Under the pieces are notes generated by a model, which saw nothing but the letters and a program-made list of their open reading frames with translations, was not told where the DNA came from and did not search any database. From the NCBI GenBank assembly GCA_001001045.1, contig LCIL01000005.1, forward strand, positions 21,409 to 85,408: a DNA stretch of 64,000 bases. The letters run 5' to 3'. How positions within the stretch are numbered: the stretch's first letter is position 1; each line of letters starts with the position of its first letter. A program made the position numbers and the translations under genes. This DNA is from Candidatus Woesebacteria bacterium GW2011_GWA1_44_23 (GTDB taxonomy: Bacteria > Patescibacteriota > Microgenomatia > UBA8517). Of this stretch, positions 28,010 to 37,648 are shown in pieces.

Positions 28010-29007
28010 GATTCTTTTGTATTAAGCCCTGCCCGGATTTGGCTTTCGCGGGTAACTATGGCTCCGTAAAAAAGAATACTCAGGGAGAACAACAAAAACA
28101 TTGCCGCCTGACGCACATAAAATGGAGTCGTCGTATCAACCATCTGTTGATCCGGTGAAGCCGTGACCAAAAGCCAATTTCTGTTTCCCAAAGGTACGGG
28201 GGAATATGAAATCAGACGGCCGTCCCTAGCTAAACTCCCTTCCTTTGTCGTATTTAGGGCATCCTTGAGACTGTCGCTGACAGTTTGATTACCCAGAAAC
28301 GGTTCTTCGCCGGCTTCAAAAACCTTGACTCCCACTTTATCAGGCGTCTTGCTATCGTACAATAGATCCCCTTGCACACCTATCAGATACACCTCTGTAG
28401 CATCCGATATTTTCATTAACTCCAAATAGTGTTCCGTCAAAGGCTTCAATTTCGCCGAGGTAACTACAGCCCCTACAAAAACGCCGTTTTGAAATACCGG
28501 AGAGACCACCGGAATTATTACCTGGCCCTTGGTGCCGCCCATTCGGCTAACAATCGAGGTGCCAACCAAATATTCCCCTTCATCTGACCAGTTTTTGGCC
28601 CAGTCAAAATAATCACGGTCGGCCAGGGAAACTCCCACATCTTGCGTTCCCAAAACATTGGAGATAAACCTGACAATTCCGCGGCTGTCCGTTAATGCGA
28701 CTCCGGCAACCAGGCCGCTGTTGCTCCATTGAGTTACAAAGGCGTCTAAATCAGATTGGGTATTTTCACCCCAGCTTTCCATACTGCCCAACTTCGCAAG
28801 TACCGCAACCGAATTGCCGAACGTTTCGAAAAAAGCCTCAAGATTGCTGGCTTCAGCTCTCGTCACCATTTGTTGCTGATTTAAAAACTGGTTAGTGACC
28901 GCAGGTTTGACTCTCCAGCTTAGGATTACTAAAAAGGCAGCACCCAAACCCACTATCAAAAGAAGGCCAAATAACCAAATCCTGCCCGACAATGCTTTCC
29001 AAAACAT
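27994..29007 (-). CDS. membrane protein with periplasmic Cache-like sensor domain flanked by two TM helices, no output domain
   Basis: N-terminal TM helix IWLFGLLLIVGLGAAFLVIL, a 250-aa extracytoplasmic domain, and C-terminal TM helix AAMFLLFSLSILFYGAIV. Confidence 0.45.
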   Translation of the reverse strand: MFWKALSGRIWLFGLLLIVGLGAAFLVILSWRVKPAVTNQFLNQQQMVTRAEASNLEAFFETFGNSVAVLAKLGSMESWGENTQSDLDAFVTQWSNSGLVAGVALTDSRGIVRFISNVLGTQDVGVSLADRDYFDWAKNWSDEGEYLVGTSIVSRMGGTKGQVIIPVVSPVFQNGVFVGAVVTSAKLKPLTEHYLELMKISDATEVYLIGVQGDLLYDSKTPDKVGVKVFEAGEEPFLGNQTVSDSLKDALNTTKEGSLARDGRLISYSPVPLGNRNWLLVTASPDQQMVDTTTPFYVRQAAMFLLFSLSILFYGAIVTRESQIRAGLNTKESQKRL

Positions 29008-29100
29008 CTTGTTTAAAGGTTAGGGCCAAATGTTTACCCTGTCAATACGTCTTGAGCGTCCCACTGTAAAATTGTTGGGGTATGTCATATAATCGGCCGT

Positions 29101-29886
29101 ATGCTCTCGATCATAATTCCGTCTTATAAAGATCCCCTACTGGGTAAAACCATTGAATCTCTTCTGGAAAACGCCGAGGGTGAAATAGAAATAATCCCCG
29201 TTCTTGACGGATACTACCCGGAAACCCCGATAAAAGAGGATAGAAGAATAAGAGTTGTGCACCTTGGCAGAAATCAAGGTATGCGAAGAGCGATAAACGC
29301 GGGAGTTTCGGTAGCCCGGGGGGAATTTCTGATGCGGAACGACGAGCACCAGATGTTCGGCAAGGGATATGACGTAATTCTTACCCGTGATTGTCAGCCT
29401 AACTGGATTATCACACCCAGGCGTTATGCGCTTGATCCTGTAAAGTGGGAAATAATGAAAGAGGTTCCACCGGTAGATTTCATGAAGCTTAAAATCGTCA
29501 ACATGGCACCCGGTGTCAGAAAATTTTCAGGTGTTGAGGCCCCGGGAGATCCGGGAAAACCCATTCAGGAATCAATGGCTATGCAGGGAAGCTGTTGGGT
29601 AATGCCGCATGCATGGTGGGACAAAGTTATCGGAGAGCTCGAAAACGAAGGTTATGGACCACATTATCAGGACAGCCATGAGATGGTGTTTAAAACCTGG
29701 CAGGCAGGGGGAAAATTAATGGTAGATAAAAACACCTGGCACGCCCACAAACACAGGAATTTTCCCCGGACGCATAATAACGGCACTGCCGAAAACCCAT
29801 CCAATAATGAATCCTGCTGGGCTTATTCATTAAGTATTTGGGAAGATTACTATAATAAAGAAATTAAACCAAGGTGGAAGGTTTAA
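29101..29886 (+). CDS. glycosyltransferase family 2-like (GT-A) protein, paralog family with QGSCW motif
   Basis: MLSIIIPSYKDP...; motif MAMQGSCWVMP shared with the 31019 and 36362 products. Confidence 0.55.
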   Translation: MLSIIIPSYKDPLLGKTIESLLENAEGEIEIIPVLDGYYPETPIKEDRRIRVVHLGRNQGMRRAINAGVSVARGEFLMRNDEHQMFGKGYDVILTRDCQPNWIITPRRYALDPVKWEIMKEVPPVDFMKLKIVNMAPGVRKFSGVEAPGDPGKPIQESMAMQGSCWVMPHAWWDKVIGELENEGYGPHYQDSHEMVFKTWQAGGKLMVDKNTWHAHKHRNFPRTHNNGTAENPSNNESCWAYSLSIWEDYYNKEIKPRWKV

Positions 29887-29913
29887 CAAAATTGGAGTTA
29901 TAATTCCATCACG

Positions 29914-30132
29914 GTGGCTATTATATATGAAAGTATGAAAAAAACTATTGGGGAGCTTATCGACGGACTGTCTATTACTAACAACAAGATCTTCCATCTC
30001 GTCGACAAAGTCCAGCGCAACGAGCATACGCGCGAGGATGCAAAAAAAATCCAAGATTTAAATAAGTTAAGAAGTGAGTATATGAATGCTATAAACGAAT
30101 TCTTTAAGGAAAGGATAGATATAAAAGTGTGA
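29914..30132 (+). CDS. small hypothetical coiled-coil protein (72 aa)
   Basis: Its stop overlaps the next gene's GTG start (translational coupling). No similarity recognised. Confidence 0.3.
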   Translation: MAIIYESMKKTIGELIDGLSITNNKIFHLVDKVQRNEHTREDAKKIQDLNKLRSEYMNAINEFFKERIDIKV

Positions 30133-30917
30133 TTAGTATTTTCTCTGGAACAAAATTAACATCCTCCCGGATTAGAGGTATAGAAATGGCTACCTATCTC
30201 CAGGCCAAACACAACCCAAAAGAAGGATATAAAAACGATGTTTGTATTTATGTCAAACCCAAAGAAATGAGCGCAATTAAAGACGGTGACTGGGTTGATT
30301 TTCTAGATTCCAACATCAGCCTCATCGTCCAGTTGAAGGATCGGCCAAAGGTAAAGGTGATTGCCGCTTCGGAAGCCAGCAATGAAGCCCTCAAGCGGGT
30401 TTTGCCAAACGAAATTATCCTTATTCCCTCACATCACATCAATCAGGAAAAACTTAAAAGAACAAGAAGGCAGATCTCTATCGGAGGCTATATCGGAGGA
30501 TTCTCACCCATGTATGAAGAAATTAGAAGAGGGTTAAAGAAAATCGGATTTGATTTTGTAACCTGCTTCGATTTCAAAGGACGAACAGATGCGATGAAAC
30601 TGTACGAAAGCATCGATCTTCTGATTATTGGGTGGTGGACCGGAGACGACAGCCCCCATAAGATACCGACCAAGATTATCAACGCCGCCTCGTTTGGAAT
30701 CCCGTCGATTGCATATCCTTTGCGCGGATATAAAGAAATTGAAGGATTTTATGTTTCTGCTCATAATTTAAGTGAGATAATAACTGAAGCGGAAAAATTT
30801 AAGGATGAGGACTATTACAATAGATGGGCAAAGAAGATTTCCAAGATGGCTGAAAAATACCATATTAGCAAGATTGCCAAACTATATAAAAAACTAAAAC
30901 CAGGTTTTCCTGCTTAA
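30129..30917 (+). CDS. putative glycosyltransferase (GT-B-like C-terminal motif)
   Basis: ...KIINAASFGIPSIAYPLRGYKEIEG resembles the GT4-type nucleotide-sugar-binding C-terminal motif. Confidence 0.4.
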   Translation: MISIFSGTKLTSSRIRGIEMATYLQAKHNPKEGYKNDVCIYVKPKEMSAIKDGDWVDFLDSNISLIVQLKDRPKVKVIAASEASNEALKRVLPNEIILIPSHHINQEKLKRTRRQISIGGYIGGFSPMYEEIRRGLKKIGFDFVTCFDFKGRTDAMKLYESIDLLIIGWWTGDDSPHKIPTKIINAASFGIPSIAYPLRGYKEIEGFYVSAHNLSEIITEAEKFKDEDYYNRWAKKISKMAEKYHISKIAKLYKKLKPGFPA

Positions 30918-31018
30918 ATCTCTTGAAGGAATGGGGTATTATACACATTCGGAGAGAAGAGTAATTCCATACCTTCCCTGCTGAGAATCGGGTAAAATGG
31001 TGCGTATAGAATATCCAT

Positions 31019-31888
31019 ATGGGTTCAAACAAAAAACCAATAAACTTATCAATAATAATTCCCAGTCGAGATTGCCCCTATTTAATGAAAACTATCCAAA
31101 GTATATTAGACAATTGCGTCACCAATATTGAAATTATGGTAAATATTGACGGAAAACCCCCGAGAAAATTTATTAAGGACAAAAAGGTCACATATATCGT
31201 ACAACCTACTCCAATTGGGATGCGGGGCGGAATAAATAATGGGCTTAAAGCAGCTAAGGGCAAATTTATAATGAAGTGCGATGACCACTGCTTATTTGCT
31301 AAAGGATTTGACAAGATTCTGACAAACACCATGCAAGAGAATTGGCTGGTAACCCCCAAACGTTATTCTCTAAACGAAGTGAAATGGGAAAGGGATGAAA
31401 CCCGACCAATTAAAGAATATCTCTACCTATCCTATCCCAAAAAGTCCGTTCACGGACTTGCCATGTTCCCCGTAGATTGGAATAAAAAAAGTGATCGTCT
31501 TATAGATGATACCATGATGATTCAGGGAAGCTGTTGGCTAGCAAACAGAAAATATTTCATGAAACGAGTGGGTTTTCTTGACGATAAGCCTGAAACGTAC
31601 GGGACCTTTGCCCAGGAACCCGTAGAAGTTGCTTTGAAATACTGGCTTGGAGGCGGGGCGGTCAAGGTAAACAAAAATACCTGGTATGCCCACCTAAAAA
31701 AGAGTAAAAGGTACTATAACGAAACAGGCTGGGCAGAAAAGTTTGCAAAGCAGAACAAAGCAGTAGCAAAAGGCAATGAATGGGCAACCGTACACTGGAT
31801 GAATAATGAGGAACCCAACATGATTCACCCTTTTAGCTGGTTTATAAAAAAATTTCAACCGATTCCGGGTTGGGAGAATTACAAATGA
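31019..31888 (+). CDS. glycosyltransferase family 2-like protein (QGSCW paralog)
   Basis: LSIIIPSRDCP...MMIQGSCWLANRKYF. Confidence 0.55.
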   Translation: MGSNKKPINLSIIIPSRDCPYLMKTIQSILDNCVTNIEIMVNIDGKPPRKFIKDKKVTYIVQPTPIGMRGGINNGLKAAKGKFIMKCDDHCLFAKGFDKILTNTMQENWLVTPKRYSLNEVKWERDETRPIKEYLYLSYPKKSVHGLAMFPVDWNKKSDRLIDDTMMIQGSCWLANRKYFMKRVGFLDDKPETYGTFAQEPVEVALKYWLGGGAVKVNKNTWYAHLKKSKRYYNETGWAEKFAKQNKAVAKGNEWATVHWMNNEEPNMIHPFSWFIKKFQPIPGWENYK

Positions 31889-33372
31889 AAAAAATACTAA
31901 TAACAGGATGCGGAGGGATGTTGGGCGATGCTGTTTATGCTCAATTACGTAAAAGGTATCATGTCAACGCCACCGACATCAACCTCATTGAACCCTGGCT
32001 AAGTTACTTGGACGTCAGAGACCTTAAGAGTGTTAAAAAGGTTTGCGCCGAATTCAAACCGGATTATCTGATTCATCTGGCAGCCTTAACCGACATGGAA
32101 TACTGTGAAACCCACCCAGAAGAGGCGGCGCAAGTTAACGGAACTGCCACAGAAAATCTGGTTAAAATCTCCAAAAAACTTGATATTCCCTTTGTCTACA
32201 TCAGCACTGCAGGTATTTTTACCGATGACAAAAAGGAGCATAGCGAAAAAGACGACCCCAAAGACACTCCTGTAAGTGTATATGGCAAAACCAAATACCA
32301 AGGTGAGGTAGCAGCGAAATCATGGCGTAAGTCGATCATAATCAGGGCCGGTTGGATGATGGGTGGCGGACCCAAAAAGGACAAAAAATTCATCAATAAA
32401 ATTGTCAAACAATTAAGTAGCGGCGCTACAAAGATAAATGTGGTCAACGACAGGGTCGGCACCCCAAGCTATACCTACGATTTGGCAAAAATAATTGTAT
32501 TTCTTCTCGAAAGGAATCTTTACGGTTTATATCACGGCACTTGCGACGGAGGAAACGTAACCCGCCACGATGTCGTCAGTCATATACTTGAATGTTTTAA
32601 CTTGCAAGACAAGGTCAAAGTGGTTGAGGTGGGATCAGATTATTTTAAGGATAGTTTTTTTGCCCCGCGGCCGTTTTCCGAACAGCTAGGCAACAAAAAA
32701 CTTAAATCCACCAACCCAGAATTATTCCGCAGCTGGCGGGACTGTTTAAAGGAATATTTAGGCATGTTTTATTGGAAAGTATCAGGCAACCATACCCCGC
32801 TTTGCGATCTGGCCTATAAATACGGAACCGACAAATGTCCGGAAATAAACCATTCGTATACCCCTTTTTATTACAAATTGCTACAACCCAAAAGAAACTC
32901 TATCAAAAAGATTTTGGAAATAGGAATAGGCTACCCGTCCAACATGAATCATATCGTCCCCCATTACCGGGCGGGTGCAAGTTTATATATGTGGAGGGAG
33001 TTTTTCCCCAACGCCATGATTTACGGAGCTGATATTCTCCCGGAAGCGTTGTTCAAAGACGCACATATAGAAACTTTTTTGTGTAACCAGAAAAAAGACA
33101 CGGACCTAACGAATTTAATCAAAAGCACGGGCTCGGATATCGATATCGTAATTGACGACGGCTCTCATGTAAAAAAGGTCCAGGTGTTTACTTGCCTTAT
33201 CCTATTGCCTCTTCTCAAAAAAGATGTTATTTACATAATAGAAGATGTTAAAGATGCCGTCGAGGTTACCGGAATGATTAAAAAACTCGGCGGGTATGAT
33301 TGCGAGGTTCCGAAGTTGAACCCGGAAAGGCAAGTGAGGCAGGATTGTTTGGTTATTGTTAAAAACAAATGA
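31870..33372 (+). CDS. bifunctional protein: RmlD-like dTDP-4-dehydrorhamnose reductase (SDR) fused to class I SAM-dependent (sugar O-)methyltransferase
   Basis: N-terminal ITGCGGMLG...YGKTKYQGE (YGxSKxxGE RmlD signature). C-terminal LEIGIGYP...DIVIDDGSH (MTase motifs I and post-I). Confidence 0.6.
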   Translation: MGELQMKKILITGCGGMLGDAVYAQLRKRYHVNATDINLIEPWLSYLDVRDLKSVKKVCAEFKPDYLIHLAALTDMEYCETHPEEAAQVNGTATENLVKISKKLDIPFVYISTAGIFTDDKKEHSEKDDPKDTPVSVYGKTKYQGEVAAKSWRKSIIIRAGWMMGGGPKKDKKFINKIVKQLSSGATKINVVNDRVGTPSYTYDLAKIIVFLLERNLYGLYHGTCDGGNVTRHDVVSHILECFNLQDKVKVVEVGSDYFKDSFFAPRPFSEQLGNKKLKSTNPELFRSWRDCLKEYLGMFYWKVSGNHTPLCDLAYKYGTDKCPEINHSYTPFYYKLLQPKRNSIKKILEIGIGYPSNMNHIVPHYRAGASLYMWREFFPNAMIYGADILPEALFKDAHIETFLCNQKKDTDLTNLIKSTGSDIDIVIDDGSHVKKVQVFTCLILLPLLKKDVIYIIEDVKDAVEVTGMIKKLGGYDCEVPKLNPERQVRQDCLVIVKNK

Positions 33373-34091
33373 AAAATCTACTGGTTTATGTAAGTAAAGA
33401 TAAAAAGTTTAACCGGGAGTGTGAGACTCTGGCCAAAATCCAAATTGACAACAGTCTTCGTTTAAAGTGGAGAAAAGAAGATATTTTAATGGTCACTAAC
33501 TTTGATTATGAGTATCGGGGAGTTAAAGCTATCGTTGTAGGGGACGAGAATTATTGTGCAGTCAGGCCAAGATCGATTAAAACTTCGATAATCCCCCACT
33601 TAATTGAAAAGGGAATCATAGAAAAAAGGCATATTTACTGGAATCATGATTTTGACGCTTTTCAATTGCATTCTATCAAAGATGAAGAATTGGGACTAGA
33701 CGGTTTTGATGCGGGCTTTACCGACTACGGTTGGAAAAACGACTGGTGTTTGGGAAGTGATTTTATAAAGGAGAGCGCAAAAGACATCTTTGAGTGGCTG
33801 AGGGACGCAATATTTGCTAATTGGGAGGATGAGGAAATACTCGGAAGAATTACGAGAAGGAATACACATAATATCAACTCGAGAATAAAGAAAATGAATA
33901 TAACTTATCAGATTGGAATGAAAAACGTTGATTTTAACTACAAAATAGCTGCAAAACCGCTAAAAGTTCTCCACTTCCATCCGCATAAACCGGGGCTCCT
34001 AGACATCTTCATGTACGGCAAAAACCAAACGGACAAACCCCTTATGCCTAAGGGTTTAATCAATATATTTAATAAACACGGAATAAAGTAA
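33369..34091 (+). CDS. hypothetical protein (glycan-locus associated)
   Basis: 240 aa, no recognisable motif. Start overlaps the upstream stop. Confidence 0.45.
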   Translation: MKNLLVYVSKDKKFNRECETLAKIQIDNSLRLKWRKEDILMVTNFDYEYRGVKAIVVGDENYCAVRPRSIKTSIIPHLIEKGIIEKRHIYWNHDFDAFQLHSIKDEELGLDGFDAGFTDYGWKNDWCLGSDFIKESAKDIFEWLRDAIFANWEDEEILGRITRRNTHNINSRIKKMNITYQIGMKNVDFNYKIAAKPLKVLHFHPHKPGLLDIFMYGKNQTDKPLMPKGLINIFNKHGIK

Positions 34092-34260
34092 ATACGTTAT
34101 GAGCAAACCATCAGTGGTGGCAATCTTGCCGAATTTTTAAAAAGTATTAGAAAAAGGTGCGAAAACCTATAGAGATCCATAATATTTGCAATCCAAATAT
34201 TAATTCCCAAACGAATATCCTGGGTATCGGAATGAAGGTCATGGAAATTTTCAGAAATAT

Positions 34261-34944
34261 ATGAATAGAGATTTAACAATAATTTATTACTCATCTAATC
34301 GGGAAGTGCCCGAGTTTGAGACCAGAATTAGGAACAATATTTTAAAAGTTTGTGGCGATTTGCCCATAATAAGCGTTACTCAAAAGCCGATAGACTTTGG
34401 AAAAAATATTGTTGTTGGAGATGTGGGAGCTTCTGGGTTTAACATGTTTAGGCAAGTTCAAATTGCCTGCAAGGAGGCAACAACGAAGTTCGTAGTTTCT
34501 GCTGAAGCGGATTGCTTGTACCCCCCGGACTATTTCACCTTTATTCCCGAGAAGGACAACGTATGTTACCGTAATAAAAATCTATATGTAATGGGTCAAT
34601 ATAGAACCTATTTCTACAAAAAGGAGGAAGGTGCAACGCACGCCCAAGTGGTCGGGCGGGAGTTCTGCTTAAGAACTCTGGATAAACTTTTTGAAGGAGG
34701 TCCGAATTGGTCAATCAAGGAGAGAAATTTCCCCAAAGAGAGGACTCATCAAAAAAAGGAGGATGTTTTTGGCAGTGACGAAATTGAATTCTACGAGACA
34801 AAAAATCCGATTGTACAAATAAAAACAAGCCACAGCATGCGACATTACACTCATTCTGATAGAATACCTCGTGACGAACTTCCCTATTGGGGCAAGGGGG
34901 TAGATTTTAGAAAAAAATATTACGATATCGGATTTAGGCATTAA
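34261..34944 (+). CDS. hypothetical protein, paralog family B (QPIDFGKNIV motif), possible GT-A-like
   Basis: Shares ...V(S)..QPIDFGKNIV...(E)AD/EHD..LY.P..F with the 35578..36321 product. Confidence 0.45.
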   Translation: MNRDLTIIYYSSNREVPEFETRIRNNILKVCGDLPIISVTQKPIDFGKNIVVGDVGASGFNMFRQVQIACKEATTKFVVSAEADCLYPPDYFTFIPEKDNVCYRNKNLYVMGQYRTYFYKKEEGATHAQVVGREFCLRTLDKLFEGGPNWSIKERNFPKERTHQKKEDVFGSDEIEFYETKNPIVQIKTSHSMRHYTHSDRIPRDELPYWGKGVDFRKKYYDIGFRH

Positions 34945-34946
34945 AT

Positions 34947-35576
34947 ATGAAACTAATAGATGCAATTAAAGAGCAGCACGGAAGGCCATTTACAATCCCC
35001 GATTGCTCCCGTGATGAACTCCCCGAATGTTTTAAACAAATGGGCTACAAAACAGGGGCAGAGGTCGGGGTTTATAAGGGGGCGTTTACCGAAAAATTCT
35101 GTAAAGCAGGCTTAAAAATGTATGCCATAGATCCCTGGAAGGCATATCAGGGAGCCGGCCGTACTCAACAGGAACAAGCAAGGCAAGACTTCCTTTACGG
35201 GCATACTCAAAGGACTCTCGCTCCCTATAAAGACTGTACAATAATCAGAAAGACGTCGATGGACGCTCTAAACGACTTCGGCCCGGGAAGCCTGGACTTT
35301 GTCTATTTGGACGGCGATCACCGCTTCCCGTACGTGGCACAAGATATTTATGAATGGAGCGAGAAAGTCAAAAACGGTGGGGTGGTCTCCGGGCATGATT
35401 ATTTCTGCACGGATCCACGGGCAAAAAATGTTTTGTGCCAGGTGGGCGCGATAGTAGATGCTTATGTTAGTGCCTTCGGAATTGAAAATTTTTATGTATT
35501 CGGACGGTCCAAATCACTGGAACTTGAGGCCAAAGATGACAGATATCTAAGCTGGATGTGGATTAAGCCTCTCTGA
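34947..35576 (+). CDS. class I SAM-dependent methyltransferase (Methyltransf_24/TylF-like)
   Basis: GAEVGVYKGAFT...FVYLDGDHRFPYVAQDIYEWSEKVKNGGVVSGHDY. Confidence 0.55.
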   Translation: MKLIDAIKEQHGRPFTIPDCSRDELPECFKQMGYKTGAEVGVYKGAFTEKFCKAGLKMYAIDPWKAYQGAGRTQQEQARQDFLYGHTQRTLAPYKDCTIIRKTSMDALNDFGPGSLDFVYLDGDHRFPYVAQDIYEWSEKVKNGGVVSGHDYFCTDPRAKNVLCQVGAIVDAYVSAFGIENFYVFGRSKSLELEAKDDRYLSWMWIKPL

Positions 35577-35577
35577 C

Positions 35578-36321
35578 ATGACAAGCACAAAAGGGTGCAT
35601 TTACTACACCGATAACCGCCCGAAGTCTTTTATTTTGGATAAATGCCGTGAGGAAATTTTAAAAGGCTGGAAAGGTCCCCTGGTTTCGGTTTCGCTTCAA
35701 CCGATTGACTTCGGCAAAAATATAGTCTTGGCAGGGGTAGAACGCGGACTCCCGACTATGATCAAACAAATAACAATGGCTTTGGAGGCACTGGATACTG
35801 ACATTGTCTTTTTTCTGGAACATGATGTTTTATATCACCCGTCTCATTTCGATTTCACTCCCCCAAAGGAAGAAATCTATTATTACAATCTCAATAACTG
35901 GCGCTGGGGAATTAAGGAAAATTTTGCTATTACATACGATGGTCTGACCTCCCTTTCTCAACTCGCATGTTACCGAAAAACTGCCCTAAACCATTATAAA
36001 GGAAGACTTAAATACATCATTGACCACGGACTTAACAAGGACCAAAGCCGGGATCCGAGATGGGGACGGGTTATGGGCTACGAGCCCGGAACAAAGCCCA
36101 GGAGGAGGGGTGGTTTTTCCGATGAAAAGTTTGAGATTTGGAAAAGCGATTTTCCAAACATAGATATCCGCCACAGACATACATTTTCCCCGCCGAAATA
36201 CAATTTGGCTGATTTCAAACATCAACCGATAAACTTCCGCCAAGAGAAAATTGAAAATATTCCTTACTGGAATCTGAAAACGTTGCGGGATCAATGGCTG
36301 GATAAATACATAATAAATTAA
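35578..36321 (+). CDS. hypothetical protein, paralog family B
   Basis: Paralog of the 34261..34944 product. Confidence 0.45.
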   Translation: MTSTKGCIYYTDNRPKSFILDKCREEILKGWKGPLVSVSLQPIDFGKNIVLAGVERGLPTMIKQITMALEALDTDIVFFLEHDVLYHPSHFDFTPPKEEIYYYNLNNWRWGIKENFAITYDGLTSLSQLACYRKTALNHYKGRLKYIIDHGLNKDQSRDPRWGRVMGYEPGTKPRRRGGFSDEKFEIWKSDFPNIDIRHRHTFSPPKYNLADFKHQPINFRQEKIENIPYWNLKTLRDQWLDKYIIN

Positions 36322-36361
36322 ATGAATAAAGGCATGGTTCTCCACACCGCTTTTCCCGGCT

Positions 36362-37474
36362 TTGATAATGCCTAAGTATGCTGTATTATTGCCTCACGCG
36401 AAACCTATGGCTGATCTTTCAATATTAATACCGGCACGGAATGAAATATTTCTGGCCCGCACGATAGAAGACCTCCTGGCAAACATCGAGGCTGATACCG
36501 AGATCATCGCTGTTTTGGACGGGGTACCCGCCAACCCTCCGATTCCCAAAAATGAAAGAGTAAATGTAATCTCCCTTTCCGAAAGTATCGGACAAAGGGC
36601 GGCAACTAATCTTGCCTGTAAATTAAGCCGCGCCAAATATGTAATGAAGGTAGACGCACACTGCGGATTTGATAAAGGTTTTGACCGAAAAATGCTCGAG
36701 GCATTTAAAATTACCGGAGACAACGTTACGATGGTCCCAATTATGCGTAACCTCTGGGCATATGACTGGAAATGCTACCACTGCGGCTGGAAAAAATACC
36801 AAGGCCCCACTCCGGAAAAGTGTGGGCAGTGCGGTAAGGGAGACAAAATTAGAAGAAAGATGCTTTGGATCGGAAAACATAACCCTCAAAGTACTTCTTA
36901 CTGCTTTGACTCGTCTCCCCATTTCCAGTACTTCGAGGATTGGAAACACCGGCCGCAATACGAAAAAGACAAGAGAGAAACGGGACTGACTGAAACAATG
37001 AGCCTGCAGGGCAGCTGCTGGATGTTGACCCGCGAAAAATACTGGGACCTTAATGTTTGCGAAGAAGCATTTGGGGGTTGGGGTTCTCAGGGAATTGAAG
37101 TTGCGGTTAAAACCTGGCTTTCCGGAGGTAGAGTTATTGTCAATCATAAAACTTGGTATGCACATATGTTTAGAACCCAAGGGGGCGACTTCGGGTTCCC
37201 CTACCCGATTTCAGGAAAGGATCAGGAAAAGGCGAAAAGATATGCAAGGGATTTGTTTTTCAACAATAACTGGAATAAGCAAATTCGCCCTCTTTCCTGG
37301 CTCATCGAAAAATTCTGGCCGGTGAAGGGGTGGGCAGAAGAAGACTTGACCAAGCTTAAAACAAACACTTTCAGATTTAAAGAGAAAGCGGAGCCAAAAC
37401 CTGCCGAGAGTGAGCCCGTTACAAGTGATCCGGTAAGAAACCATCAGACGGGTGTTATTTACTCCGCCACTTAA
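36362..37474 (+). CDS. glycosyltransferase family 2-like protein (QGSCW paralog) with inserted CxxC...CxxC zinc-ribbon
   Basis: LSILIPARNE...; WKCYHCGWKKYQGPTPEKCGQCGKGD; MSLQGSCWMLT. Confidence 0.55.
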   Translation: MIMPKYAVLLPHAKPMADLSILIPARNEIFLARTIEDLLANIEADTEIIAVLDGVPANPPIPKNERVNVISLSESIGQRAATNLACKLSRAKYVMKVDAHCGFDKGFDRKMLEAFKITGDNVTMVPIMRNLWAYDWKCYHCGWKKYQGPTPEKCGQCGKGDKIRRKMLWIGKHNPQSTSYCFDSSPHFQYFEDWKHRPQYEKDKRETGLTETMSLQGSCWMLTREKYWDLNVCEEAFGGWGSQGIEVAVKTWLSGGRVIVNHKTWYAHMFRTQGGDFGFPYPISGKDQEKAKRYARDLFFNNNWNKQIRPLSWLIEKFWPVKGWAEEDLTKLKTNTFRFKEKAEPKPAESEPVTSDPVRNHQTGVIYSAT

Positions 37475-37520
37475 TCAAGAAATTCTTCAGAGTTAGAATC
37501 TCATAGTTACAAATTTTAAG

Positions 37521-37574
37521 AATGTATATAATGGCTTAGCCGTTTTGAAACGGTTATGTTGTTGTATATAAATG
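37521..37574 (+). promoter_or_regulatory. conserved roughly 50-nt element (TATAAT box plus 13-bp palindrome CCGTTT(T)GAAACGG) upstream of the SP-repeat gene; copy A
   Basis: aatgtatataatggcttagccgttttgaaacggttatgttgttgtatataaatg is nearly identical to 44912..44961. Confidence 0.6.
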
Positions 37575-37648
37575 TTTAAGAATAAATACTTCTCAGATGG
37601 CTTCAGAAAGGAGGAGATTAGTATAAAAACTAACAGGAGGAAAATCTA

